A DNA stretch of 64,000 bases from Bdellovibrionales bacterium (lineage in GTDB: Bacteria; Bdellovibrionota; Bdellovibrionia; Bdellovibrionales; JAUICD01), in contig OZ253553.1 of assembly GCA_965262715.1 (NCBI GenBank), positions 1,152,001 through 1,216,000 on the forward strand. Direction: 5' to 3'. The notes under the pieces were generated by a model that was given only the letters and a program-made list of their open reading frames with translations, made no database searches and was not told where the DNA came from. A program made the translations under genes and the position numbers. Every line of letters begins with the position of its first letter. The stretch's first letter is position 1. Of this stretch, positions 10,686 through 20,612 are shown piece by piece.

Positions 10686-11342
10686 ATGGAAAAAATAATA
10701 TTAGCAAATAGTATGATAACTTTGATCACAGAAGATCAACTGAAACCTATCACTCATGATTTTCTAGTTCAAAAAGATATTGTTCCTAAAGACTTTGAAG
10801 TTATCAAAGAAAAAACCATTTATGCTTTTCCTATCAGTCAAATAAGCTATACAAATGGGTTTAGTATAATAATTGAACCAAATAGGACTTTATTTCAAAT
10901 ATTGAATATACCTAACTATAAAGAAAAAAGAGAGAAACCTTTAAATTTATTAAAGGAGATTTCATCAAAATATGTAACCCTTTTTAGAGAGATATTGGAG
11001 TGCAAGTTTATAGGTATTAATTTTGATTTTATAAAGGATGACTTACGTTTTGAAACTTTTGTTGAACAATCTATAAATCCAAACAGTTCATTTTTTAATT
11101 TTGAAGGTAAAAAAAGTGATATTCAAAAGATTGATATATCTTATAGCTTAAAAGGTAAAAAATTCAATATAACTATTAATAAAATTTCAAAAAGAAACAT
11201 TGAAACAAACACTGAAGATTTTATTACATTGTTTAAAATAAATATACATTATGATAGCAAATATGACGATAACGTAGTAAATATTATTAATGAAATGGAA
11301 GAAAACTATGAAAGATCATTAAAGTTTATAGGTGGAGTTTAA
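10686..11342 (+). CDS. Hypothetical protein, TIGR04255-like
   Basis: 218 aa, IGINF motif and C-terminal NIH; first of three overlapping genes. Confidence 0.55.
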   Translation: MEKIILANSMITLITEDQLKPITHDFLVQKDIVPKDFEVIKEKTIYAFPISQISYTNGFSIIIEPNRTLFQILNIPNYKEKREKPLNLLKEISSKYVTLFREILECKFIGINFDFIKDDLRFETFVEQSINPNSSFFNFEGKKSDIQKIDISYSLKGKKFNITINKISKRNIETNTEDFITLFKINIHYDSKYDDNVVNIINEMEENYERSLKFIGGV

Positions 11343-11992
11343 TGAATTCTAAAATATATCAAACAATAATAAACTCATTTCTAGAAAATAAATTTTCTAA
11401 TGAAGGAATTAATCCTAAAGGTTTTAAGGTTATCAAAGAAAACCCCTTTGATAGAGGCATGTTTTATAAAGCCCACTATCGCTGTATTGTCGATAAAGAA
11501 TCTATAAACGACTCTTTTAATGAAGATACAAAACCAAATATAAATATAATTTATAACAATAAAGAAAGAGAGTTAAGTAATATTTTGAAAGATTTAGATG
11601 AAGAATGTAAAGAAGAAGGTTATGAAGTTTTTTCTGATAAAGTAAAAAAGAATGCTTTCGAGATGTTAGATTTTGTAAAAAATAACTCTAAATATAATTG
11701 GAGTATCTATCCGACAGAAGATCAGGAAATTGCGATAAATTGTACACCAAAAAAAGGAAGAGGGTTATTGATACTTTGTGATTCAAGAGGGAGTATAGCT
11801 TATTTTAAAGTATTTGATGGAAGAAACACTAGATATAGATGTCAGAACATTAAAGACTTTCCTTTTGATCTATTGAAAACAGAGTTAAGTTTTTTAAATC
11901 CTTATTTATATGATAATAAAAAACTAATTGATACAAGAATACAACTCAAATCTTCTTATCTTATATTGAACAATGAATATCAAATTGCTTAA
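11342..11992 (+). CDS. Hypothetical protein
   Basis: 216 aa, translationally coupled (TAATG). Confidence 0.7.
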   Translation: MNSKIYQTIINSFLENKFSNEGINPKGFKVIKENPFDRGMFYKAHYRCIVDKESINDSFNEDTKPNINIIYNNKERELSNILKDLDEECKEEGYEVFSDKVKKNAFEMLDFVKNNSKYNWSIYPTEDQEIAINCTPKKGRGLLILCDSRGSIAYFKVFDGRNTRYRCQNIKDFPFDLLKTELSFLNPYLYDNKKLIDTRIQLKSSYLILNNEYQIA

Positions 11993-12440
11993 TTATATAA
12001 ATGACGATGACAAACTTGGAAGATCTAGTTTTTCTAGAAAACAAGCAAGAAGAGCTACTTCAGGTAATATAGACCATAAGATTTTTCTTGACACAAAAGA
12101 CAGGCAAATTATTTCCGTAGATCGTCTTTTTTTGTCTTACTTAGAAAAACTGACAGAAATTCAAGACAAAAATGCTCAAAACCGATCTGAAATTGAAATC
12201 CAAAGATGGAAAAAAGGAGAACTAAAACAAAAAGACCAGCCTAAACAAAGAAGTTTTTATGGATGGGTTAGTTTAACAGCTTTAGATGCTCAACAAGATA
12301 GCAGACAGGTTAAATCAAGCCCTATTACAGAAAATCCTTATCATGCTAATATTATTCTACCTAAAGATACACATGATGCATATATATTACATACAAAATC
12401 ACTTGCAGCAAAATCTGAATGGGTTGAGAGATACAAATAA
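11973..12440 (+). CDS. Hypothetical protein, possible ADP-ribosyltransferase/RES-like fold
   Basis: LGR, ISVDR and NPYHANI motifs. Confidence 0.5.
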   Translation: MNIKLLNYINDDDKLGRSSFSRKQARRATSGNIDHKIFLDTKDRQIISVDRLFLSYLEKLTEIQDKNAQNRSEIEIQRWKKGELKQKDQPKQRSFYGWVSLTALDAQQDSRQVKSSPITENPYHANIILPKDTHDAYILHTKSLAAKSEWVERYK

Positions 12441-12646
12441 AAGAAGTTAGTAATTCAATAGAAAGAACAAAAGAGTTTTTGATCTTTATAGCAAAACTGC
12501 TAATATCATTATTTTTTAAGGTAGACAGTGGGCTTTTACAAGCAGAGAACGTGCTCATTCCATGTTATAGTCTCTATTCGATTAAAAACAAGCAAATTTA
12601 AGAGTTTTTCCCTCTTAGAAATAAACATCATTTAAAACAGGAAAAA

Positions 12647-12694
12647 GGTTCGAATTGGTGTCACTGGTGGACACTGTCGCAACCAATTCGAACC
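12647..12694. other. attP-like serine recombinase site
   Basis: Perfect 13-bp inverted repeat GGTTCGAATTGGT/ACCAATTCGAACC centred on the GA of TGGTGGA. Confidence 0.7.
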
Positions 12695-12831
12695 CTTTCT
12701 GAAATAGATTTTGAGTTTTGCTGTCAAAGCCAAGAACTTTTTAAATACCAAGAAATTGCCCCAGTAGTTAAGAAAATACTCTCTTAATAAAAATATCCTT
12801 TTTATTTATTATAAATGAAAAAGAATAAAGT

Positions 12832-12963
12832 TTATCTTCTTTTTTTTGTTGGACCTGTTTTAACTGTTTCTCTGACAGTTGTTGCAGGTCTTCTCTTTTC
12901 TGTACCATCAGGAACAAATTGACCACTTTTAGCATCTCTAGTTCTTTTTGACTTTTTAGACAT
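12832..12963 (-). CDS. 43-aa basic small protein (not in ORF track)
   Basis: MSKKSKRTRDAKSGQFVPDGTEKRRPATTVRETVKTGPTKKRR with AGGAGG RBS. Confidence 0.7.
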   Translation of the reverse strand: MSKKSKRTRDAKSGQFVPDGTEKRRPATTVRETVKTGPTKKRR

Positions 12964-13166
12964 AATAACCTCCTTTTTAAAGGTATGAAGCTTATCAATC
13001 CTTAATTTTTTCTATTTTGTCAAGATTTGTCATAGGAAATAAATTATATTTTTCAAAGTTGGTTTTATGATTTAGGTTGTGTAACTGTTCAATTTTAAAA
13101 ACAATTATCACTTTTCGTAAAAAACCCCCTTTATAAACAAGAAAAATCAACAACTTGGGGGGAAAA

Positions 13167-13340
13167 ATGGAAACATTCATTAAAATTATTATAAACTTAT
13201 CATTGATATTTGGATCAGGTTATTGTGCTAAAAAGCTTTTATTCAATATCGAGAAAGTGGCCACTAATAGGATAGAAAAAGGAGTTTCATCATCAGAAGG
13301 GCTTGCCAGAAAACTCACTGGCACAAAGTTATCTTTCTGA
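13167..13340 (+). CDS. 57-aa small protein of the repeated module (METFIK family)
   Basis: Intact paralog at 40176..40352; truncated copies at 4855 and 10040. Confidence 0.7.
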   Translation: METFIKIIINLSLIFGSGYCAKKLLFNIEKVATNRIEKGVSSSEGLARKLTGTKLSF

Positions 13341-13494
13341 TGAGTTAAGGGATAATGATCTATCTTTAATAAAGACAATCTTTCAAATGTTCTCCAGTTT
13401 GTCTAGCATTGGATTGGTAGATATTAATATATATCTTATTGAATGTAATTATACAAAATTTTAGACATCTCGATTTCACTAAGGCTTGCCGAAA

Positions 13495-13908
13495 CTACTT
13501 TTTAATAAATTTTCTTAAAAGTTGCATCCACCAAGCTGTGTTCTTTAATTTTCGTTGTATGTCGTTTTTTTTATCATGTCTATCTCTAATCCTTCCTATA
13601 TAGATTTCTTCTTCAGACCATTGCTTACACCACTCTGTCTTGCTTTCTTGGATCATATAATGGCTTTTACAAGGAAGTCTCCAGTTTCCTATTGATGGCC
13701 ATAGACTCACTGTTTCTCCATCATATTCAATTTTCCACTCGCTTCGTCCTAAAGGAAGACTTACTTCAATTCCACAACCACATGCGCATATGTGTTCAGT
13801 AAGGCGATGTTTAGTTGATATATACAACTCCCCTTCTTTCATTTTTTCCGGCATATTTTCTGTCCATATAGGATACCATGTCTTAGTTTTCATTTGATCT
13901 TTCTCCAT
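13495..13908 (-). CDS. DUF6527-like Cys/His zinc-binding protein
   Basis: HICACGCG..VSLPL...W...SLWPSIGNW...CKSHY. Confidence 0.8.
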   Translation of the reverse strand: MEKDQMKTKTWYPIWTENMPEKMKEGELYISTKHRLTEHICACGCGIEVSLPLGRSEWKIEYDGETVSLWPSIGNWRLPCKSHYMIQESKTEWCKQWSEEEIYIGRIRDRHDKKNDIQRKLKNTAWWMQLLRKFIKK

Positions 13909-13987
13909 ATCTAAGACAGATTGATATTCTTACTTGAAGTTTATATTCAATAGAATTTGTTTACTAAGGTGATGAGAATATTTCTTA

Positions 13988-15199
13988 TTACATGAATATT
14001 TTTCCAAAAGATATAGTATAATTTACTATATTATCACTCTTTTCTCGATCATTTCTATAGATTCCTTTTTTTATTTTCCACTCTATGAGAGCCAACGATG
14101 CTCCAAGCATATTTAACTCTGCTGTTTGAATGTTACTTCTATATATATCATTAACAAGCCTTTGCTCATTAGATTCTGAACCTACTTTTTTTTGTATATT
14201 TGGTACTTGATATTCTCGTTCTATTTTGACCATACCTCCGAGTTGATTATTATCTTTTCCTTCTACCTCTATTCCTATCCCTACACTCAAGTGAAATATT
14301 CCCATTTCATTACATTTTTCCTGAATTTCCCTTCGACTCTTTAAATTATCTACGGCAATAAAGACTGTTGTAAATTTTTTTAAGATATCTAGGTTGTTGC
14401 TATCAATTTTGTTTTTATATATATACAAGCCTTTTTTTCTTACATTTTTATAACGATTTTGATGCCATTCCACTTTTGTAGTATGAAGCTCGTTTTTATT
14501 TACTGCTCCAGCTAATCTAAATGCACTATCAGGTTCTATAATATCATCATCATATAAATGTAGTTCTTTAACATTTGTTTTTGCAAGTATATCAACTAAG
14601 TAAGATCCTGTGCCTCCTACTCCTATAACAGCGATTATTTCATCAGATATTTTGTCTTCTATTCCCTTTGTTCCATTGCGGTACAAACTTGTGTTCATAT
14701 ATGTAAAATTTGTATCCACATCAACTTCTGTTATTTTCCCAAGCTTTGAGGATTTTAAAATACCTGGAGTTTTACTTTCTGCATGAAAGCTAACTTCGTC
14801 TACATATGTTTTTATTTGTTCAAAATAGTCCTTGTATGATCGAAGAGTTCCTCCTTGTTTTGGCTTTCTTGACCATTTCATATATACAATAATTTCTTCT
14901 CCAAGCTGAAATCCATCAGGAAATTCTTCACAACACAATTCTTCTTTCATACTTTCTCCTTTAATAGTGTAAGGTATCTCACCGGTCCACCATACAGTAT
15001 GTTCTTTTGGTTGTTTTATTTGATTTGTAGAAGGATCAACACATAGACTTGTCACTATATCAGCTCTTTTGATTGTACTATCTTGTACTACATATAGTAT
15101 GTTTTTTGCGATTAAGTAAGCTCCGCGTATCTCTATATGATACCCTGCCTCTTTTAATCTTAACAAATCTTCACTATGACTTATCGGTGAATTTAACAT
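13988..15199 (-). CDS. ThiF/E1-like adenylyltransferase with N-terminal E2-like (DUF6791-like) domain
   Basis: IAVIGVGGTGS, LYDDD..AFR, FIAVD, NIQTAELNMLGA. Confidence 0.85.
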   Translation of the reverse strand: MLNSPISHSEDLLRLKEAGYHIEIRGAYLIAKNILYVVQDSTIKRADIVTSLCVDPSTNQIKQPKEHTVWWTGEIPYTIKGESMKEELCCEEFPDGFQLGEEIIVYMKWSRKPKQGGTLRSYKDYFEQIKTYVDEVSFHAESKTPGILKSSKLGKITEVDVDTNFTYMNTSLYRNGTKGIEDKISDEIIAVIGVGGTGSYLVDILAKTNVKELHLYDDDIIEPDSAFRLAGAVNKNELHTTKVEWHQNRYKNVRKKGLYIYKNKIDSNNLDILKKFTTVFIAVDNLKSRREIQEKCNEMGIFHLSVGIGIEVEGKDNNQLGGMVKIEREYQVPNIQKKVGSESNEQRLVNDIYRSNIQTAELNMLGASLALIEWKIKKGIYRNDREKSDNIVNYTISFGKIFM

Positions 15200-15431
15200 C
15201 GAATTTCATTCCATCAACAATAGGTATTGAATCATTTTCCTTAAGGATTCCCTCTGGTTTTTCCTTTGGCCCATCTTTCCATGTGACATCATATTCATAG
15301 TCTGGCCCTTGTTTTCCATTGGGATAGGCATAATCTACTACTTTATTATAACTTATTTTGTCATCTAAAATTTTGTATTCTCTGCCTCTAATATAAATTA
15401 AGGTTTCCTGTTTATCCATTTTGACCTCCAT
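15174..15431 (-). CDS. Multi-ubiquitin-domain (beta-grasp) ubiquitin-like protein
   Basis: IYIRGR..ISYNKVV..AY..Y.VTW..GP...EG.L.....I..GMKFDV..TDKS; overlaps the E1 start. Confidence 0.8.
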   Translation of the reverse strand: MEVKMDKQETLIYIRGREYKILDDKISYNKVVDYAYPNGKQGPDYEYDVTWKDGPKEKPEGILKENDSIPIVDGMKFDVKFTDKS

Positions 15432-15869
15432 TTAAAATATAAGAATAAGATTAATCAGAGAGTGTCAAGGTGAAAAATAAGAGACACTTTTTGATGTTAA
15501 ATCTATATTTTACTTTAGATAAAATTAGTATATCAATTTATAGATGATAATTGAACATTTAAATTACAAAAAATAATTTAATATAAGTATTTGAAATTTT
15601 TGTTAATTTTTTTTTCATCATTTTATCATAATACATTATATAAAAAATGAAAACGTCCTTTTTTGATAAAAGAGGTGTTTTTAAATGAAATATTGACTTT
15701 ATATTCGTGAAACTGATATACTAAATTTATAAATCTAAAGTAGCATCAATGAAAATACATTGTCTTATAAAATCATAAATTTAAAAAAACATCATCAAAT
15801 GAGAAAGCTGTAAAATACAAGATCTGTTGTTTTTGTTGAAGACTCTTGTTATAAGTGGATTAAGTGGAT

Positions 15870-16158
15870 ATGAAATTTGTTGTGTGCTTTTTAGCTTTTA
15901 CATTTATTTGGATATTTAACTCTCCTCAATTATTTGCTGGAAATTGTGTATCCATGGCAACATGACTCTGCTGGCCGCAGATGTGGCGGCAGAGCTGCTA
16001 GTGTAATACATGGTGGACGACTCGGAGGAGATGGTCATTATGTAGATTCCTATGGAAGAGATCGCATTTATGGTAGAGGAAATGATATATACAATGATGA
16101 TTACAACAGCGATAATGAAGATGACAATTTCTCATTTGAATTAAATGATAATGACTAA
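15870..16158 (+). pseudogene. Frameshifted small secreted protein
   Basis: Signal-peptide frame MKFVVCFLAF..LFAGNC switches near 15948 to YPWQHDSAGRRCGGRAAS. Confidence 0.45.
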
Positions 16159-16199
16159 ATGTTCATACTAAGAAAACTACAATTTAGGATGATGTTTTT

Positions 16200-18101
16200 A
16201 TGTTAAAATTAGAAAAAGTCGTCTTAGAAAACTTTAGATGTTATAAAGAAAGAAGCGATCTTATAATAGATGATGAATTAACTGCTATTATCGGTTGTAA
16301 TGATGCAGGAAAGTCTTCTTTTTTTGACGCTCTTGAAATATTCTTTGAAAATCAAAAAATAGATCAAAATGATTTAAACATTGTATCTGATTCGTTAAAA
16401 GAAGTTTCAATTTCATGTGTATTTAGTAATTTACCAGATTCTATTCTAATTGATGCTGATCATAAAACCACTCTTAAAGGTGAATATTTATTAAACAAAA
16501 ATGAGATGTTAGAAATTAAAAAGATATATGATTGTAATTTCCAAAACCCTAAAATAAATACATTTGTAATATGCGAACATCCAACTCATGAAAATGCAAA
16601 AGATTTACTTAGTTTAAATAATAGTAAACTTAAAAAAAAAGCAGAACAAATTAGTGTTGATTTAGCAAATGTAAATAAAAGCATCAATGCAAGTATTCGA
16701 AAAGCAATACGAGAATCAATAAAAAATGATCTAAAAATTAAAACACAAGATATTTCCTTAGATAAAGATACTGGAAAGGATATATGGAATAAATTAAAAG
16801 AAGAGCTTCCAATATTCTTCCTTTTTAAAGTTGATCGAGAAACTACAGATCAAGATAGCGAAGCTCAGGATCCTATGAAAGCCGCAGTCAAAGAAGCCCT
16901 TAAATTTCAAAAAAACAAATTAGACGACCTCGCTGAGGAAGTCAAAAAAGAAGTTAAAAAAATTGCTGAAAAAACTGTAGATAAAATTAAAGAAATGGAT
17001 CCCTCACTCGCAAATACATTAAGTCCAAAATTTGATAACCCAAAATGGGATAGTGTATTTAAAATTAGATTAAATGCTGATGATGATATCCCTTTAAATA
17101 AAAGAGGTAGTGGTGTGCGCAGGCTTGTTCTTCTTAATTTCTTTATAGCAAAATCTGAAATTGAAGTTCCAGAGGAAAGAAATAAAGGAGTTATTTATGC
17201 TATTGAAGAGCCTGAAACCAATCAACATCCAAATAATCAAAAGAAAATAATAAATGCTTTTATGAGTTTGGCTGAAAAATCTGATTATCAAGTTTTATTA
17301 ACAACTCACACTCCATCTATGGCAAAACTATTACCAGATAAGAACCTAAGATTTATTGAAGTTAAAGAAAAATCAAGAATTATTCATAATACATCTAATG
17401 ATAGAAAGTTATTTGAATTAATAGCAAAAGCTTTAGGAGTTCTTCCTGATCATAATGTAAAACTATTTATAGCCGTAGAAGGAAAAAATGATATTTCTTT
17501 TTTAAACAACATATCATATCTCTTTAAAAAAGAAGACGAAGAAAGCTTTTTAGACCTTAAAGAATTAGAAAATAAAGGAGAGATTATATTTTTCCCTATT
17601 GGAGGAAGTAATTTAGCCTTATGGGCATCTCGTTTAAAAGAGCTTCAAGTGCCAGAGTTTCATTTATATGACCGAGATGTTAGTACAGAAGAGAAATTTC
17701 CAAAACAAAGTGAAATAGATAAGATTAATGAAAGAAGTGGTTGTAAAGCTTTTGTAACAAATAAAAAGGAGGCTGAAAATTATATTTCTAAAAAAACTAT
17801 TCAAAAAGAAGTTAAAGATAAATACAATATTAAAATTTCCTTAGAAATTGATGATTTTATAGATGTTCCTGAATGGGTAGCAAAGAAAATTTATGAAGAA
17901 AAAGAAGAAAAGATTTGGGATGATTTATCACCTGATAAGAAAAAGGGCAAAGAGCAAAAAATAAAGAATTGGTTGAATCGAGACGTAATAAAAAATATGA
18001 ATATAGGTGATTTAGATGAAAATACAAAGAAAGAAATAAGAACATGGTTAGATTCTATAAAACAACTTTATTGTTCACAAAATAGTCAAAATAAATATTA
18101 A
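16200..18101 (+). CDS. OLD-family ATP-dependent nuclease (ABC ATPase + TOPRIM), GajA-like
   Basis: GCNDAGKS, RGSG, AIEEPE, TTH, VEGKND, YDRD. Confidence 0.85.
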   Translation: MLKLEKVVLENFRCYKERSDLIIDDELTAIIGCNDAGKSSFFDALEIFFENQKIDQNDLNIVSDSLKEVSISCVFSNLPDSILIDADHKTTLKGEYLLNKNEMLEIKKIYDCNFQNPKINTFVICEHPTHENAKDLLSLNNSKLKKKAEQISVDLANVNKSINASIRKAIRESIKNDLKIKTQDISLDKDTGKDIWNKLKEELPIFFLFKVDRETTDQDSEAQDPMKAAVKEALKFQKNKLDDLAEEVKKEVKKIAEKTVDKIKEMDPSLANTLSPKFDNPKWDSVFKIRLNADDDIPLNKRGSGVRRLVLLNFFIAKSEIEVPEERNKGVIYAIEEPETNQHPNNQKKIINAFMSLAEKSDYQVLLTTHTPSMAKLLPDKNLRFIEVKEKSRIIHNTSNDRKLFELIAKALGVLPDHNVKLFIAVEGKNDISFLNNISYLFKKEDEESFLDLKELENKGEIIFFPIGGSNLALWASRLKELQVPEFHLYDRDVSTEEKFPKQSEIDKINERSGCKAFVTNKKEAENYISKKTIQKEVKDKYNIKISLEIDDFIDVPEWVAKKIYEEKEEKIWDDLSPDKKKGKEQKIKNWLNRDVIKNMNIGDLDENTKKEIRTWLDSIKQLYCSQNSQNKY

Positions 18102-18111
18102 TAGGAAGTAT

Positions 18112-18921
18112 ATGAATACCGTTTTAGATAAAAATAATTGGCAATGTCCTTACTGTGGAATTTTTCAAATCCTTCAATATGGTGAGAATTTGAAAACAAC
18201 AGAAGAATGCAATTTAACCTCCATGAGCAAATATAACGAAATTAGCGTTCGATTGTTTAGTATTTCCTGTCTGAATTGCAAAGAATTGACACTTAATATT
18301 GATTTAGAAAAAAAAATCTATCCAAAACCAAACCTTTACAGAAAAGGTATTATGGATTTCGATAGTGGCCCCTACTTTAAAAACCTGAAATCATGGTCTT
18401 TGATGCCTGATTCTAGAGCTAAACCTCAGCCAGATTATCTTCCTAAAAATGTAATAGAAAATTATAATGAAGCTTGTAAGATTGCTGATTCAAGCCCCAG
18501 AGCTTCTGCTATACTGTCTAGAAGATGTTTAGAGGTTATGATTAAAGACTTCTGTAAAGTTGAAGGCTCAGGAACTCTTTTTGAAAAGATAGAAGAAGTT
18601 CGAAAAAAGTCTATTGAAATCCAAGAAATCACAGAAGAATCAATAGATGCCATTGATCATATTAGAAAACAAGGTAATATAGCAGCACACATACAAAAGC
18701 CAACAAATTTATTGATCGACAACGTGAGTAAAAAAGATTCTGATTTATTGATCGAACTTTTAGAAATGTTATTTCAAGAGTGGTATATTGCCAGGTATAG
18801 AAGAAAAGAAAGATTGGCAAAAATCACAAAGGCAAAAGAAAAAACTAATTCTTTTGCAACCAAGGAACAAAAAAACAAAGAAGGATCAATCCATTCAAAC
18901 ATCTCAAAGCTAAACACCTAA
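18112..18921 (+). CDS. DUF4145 (HEPN-like) protein with N-terminal zinc finger
   Basis: CPYC/CLNC, SPRASAILSRRCLE, RKQGNIAAH. Confidence 0.8.
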   Translation: MNTVLDKNNWQCPYCGIFQILQYGENLKTTEECNLTSMSKYNEISVRLFSISCLNCKELTLNIDLEKKIYPKPNLYRKGIMDFDSGPYFKNLKSWSLMPDSRAKPQPDYLPKNVIENYNEACKIADSSPRASAILSRRCLEVMIKDFCKVEGSGTLFEKIEEVRKKSIEIQEITEESIDAIDHIRKQGNIAAHIQKPTNLLIDNVSKKDSDLLIELLEMLFQEWYIARYRRKERLAKITKAKEKTNSFATKEQKNKEGSIHSNISKLNT

Positions 18922-18992
18922 AAATGAATAATGTATATTAAAAACTAGCTCTCAAAGAGATATAAAAATTGGAAAATTAAAGGAATTTTAAA

Positions 18993-19811
18993 ATGGCTCA
19001 ATTTCCTAGTTTTTCTGAAGCTCAAGTCAACTCTTTAGCTAAAATACTCGGTGAACTTATTACAGGAACACAAATTACAAATATCTTGAAAACTCATGAT
19101 ATTGAAGACAAATCAGGAGAATCCACTAAATGGAAAAGACTTTATTCGGTCTTTGTAGGGATTCAAAAAAGAGATGGATGCTCCAATAAGATCATAGAGC
19201 TTATTAGAACATCTTTTCTTGATCCTTCAGGTTTTGTTGAACGAAAAGAAGAATTTGAAAAATATCGTCAGAAGCTTAATCAAATACTGAGTTTTTCTGG
19301 ATTAGAATACGGTTCAAAGGGTCAATTTAGATACTGTTCTAAAGCTCAAACAATTGATGAGGCTGAAAAAAGATTTCAAACAATTCAATCAACCTTTAAA
19401 GAAAGAAATATTCATCCTGAAGTGTTAAAATATTGTCGTACTGAGCTTCTAAAAGACAACTTATTTCATGCTGTATTTGAAGCAACAAAAGGATTAGCAG
19501 AATGTCTTCGGGAAAAATCAGGAGTAAAAGATTTGGATGGAACTTCTCTTGTAGAGAAAGTCTTTTCAACTGAAAATCCTATTCTTGCATTTAATACATT
19601 AGAGACTCAAACAGAAAGAAGTGAACATAAAGGTTTTTCTTCTTTATTAAAAGGATGTTTTTCTATGGTTAGAAATCCAATAGCCCATCAACCAAAGGTT
19701 CTATGGAAAAATGAAGATGATATCATAGATTATTTTTCTCTCATTTCATTGCTCCATAGGAAACTTGATAATTGTGTCCCAACACAAATGCGGAAAAATC
19801 ATGGAAGGTAA
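18993..19811 (+). CDS. TIGR02391-family (HEPN-like) protein
   Basis: TKWKRLY, HPEVLKYC, FHAVFEATK, RNPIAH. Confidence 0.85.
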   Translation: MAQFPSFSEAQVNSLAKILGELITGTQITNILKTHDIEDKSGESTKWKRLYSVFVGIQKRDGCSNKIIELIRTSFLDPSGFVERKEEFEKYRQKLNQILSFSGLEYGSKGQFRYCSKAQTIDEAEKRFQTIQSTFKERNIHPEVLKYCRTELLKDNLFHAVFEATKGLAECLREKSGVKDLDGTSLVEKVFSTENPILAFNTLETQTERSEHKGFSSLLKGCFSMVRNPIAHQPKVLWKNEDDIIDYFSLISLLHRKLDNCVPTQMRKNHGR

Positions 19812-19914
19812 GTTTAACTCTTATTTAAGATATAAAAATTCAAGCTTCCAAAAAAGGCTAACATAGGCAATTACACAATTTTTATTACAGAGCCAAATTA
19901 ATAGAATATAACAA

Positions 19915-20556
19915 ATGAAGAAATATAATAGAAAAACTTTTTTTGAAAACAAAAAATGTCTTGAGTATCTAAAACAATTTAGACAAATGGTTGAGCATTA
20001 TTCAAAAAAAATAGAGCTAAGTTTATTTGAATTAGGTAGTTTACAAGTAGAAAACTTTAGACAATATGAAGAATATTGTATGAGAAAACCTGTTATAAAT
20101 GAAAATGATTTAAAAAATCTTCGTAAGCAGATCAATGAAAGATTAGAACCCATTCGTCAAATTATTATTGATTCAGAAATAAATCCACTTATTACATATT
20201 CGCCTCCTTTATTTACTGGTGTAGTTGATAAACGAATAATTGATCTTTTAGACAATATATTCAATTTAGGCACAAAAAAAATCTCATATAATTTTGTTCT
20301 TGACTATATAGACCGAGCCATAGGTGTTTACAAAAATGATCAAAGAGCATCTTTAATAAGGACCTTTAATCCTATTTTTTGGATTAAAGAACTTCTTGAA
20401 TCTGTTGTCGGTATTCCTTTTTATTTCTTAAAAAAGTCAGGATTCAGTAATAATTTAGAAGAAACTTTTTTCGCAAAAATCATAAAATTTGTAATATATC
20501 TTATTTCATTAATATCAGGAGCTTGGTTTATTATAGATAAGCTTTTAAGAATGTAA
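19915..20556 (+). CDS. Hypothetical protein with C-terminal transmembrane helix
   Basis: 213 aa, hydrophobic C-terminus. Confidence 0.7.
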   Translation: MKKYNRKTFFENKKCLEYLKQFRQMVEHYSKKIELSLFELGSLQVENFRQYEEYCMRKPVINENDLKNLRKQINERLEPIRQIIIDSEINPLITYSPPLFTGVVDKRIIDLLDNIFNLGTKKISYNFVLDYIDRAIGVYKNDQRASLIRTFNPIFWIKELLESVVGIPFYFLKKSGFSNNLEETFFAKIIKFVIYLISLISGAWFIIDKLLRM

Positions 20557-20612
20557 TTAACTTGAATTTATTGTAACGATTCAAATATATAATTGAACAG
20601 AGAATAGAAAGA

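Noticed and set aside
12647..12694. tRNA pseudogene (GGTTCGAAT T-loop-like motif)
   Set aside because: No cloverleaf; better explained as a symmetric att-like site
12768..12998. 76-aa ORF in the track
   Set aside because: The 43-aa ORF in another frame has the RBS and is the more plausible gene
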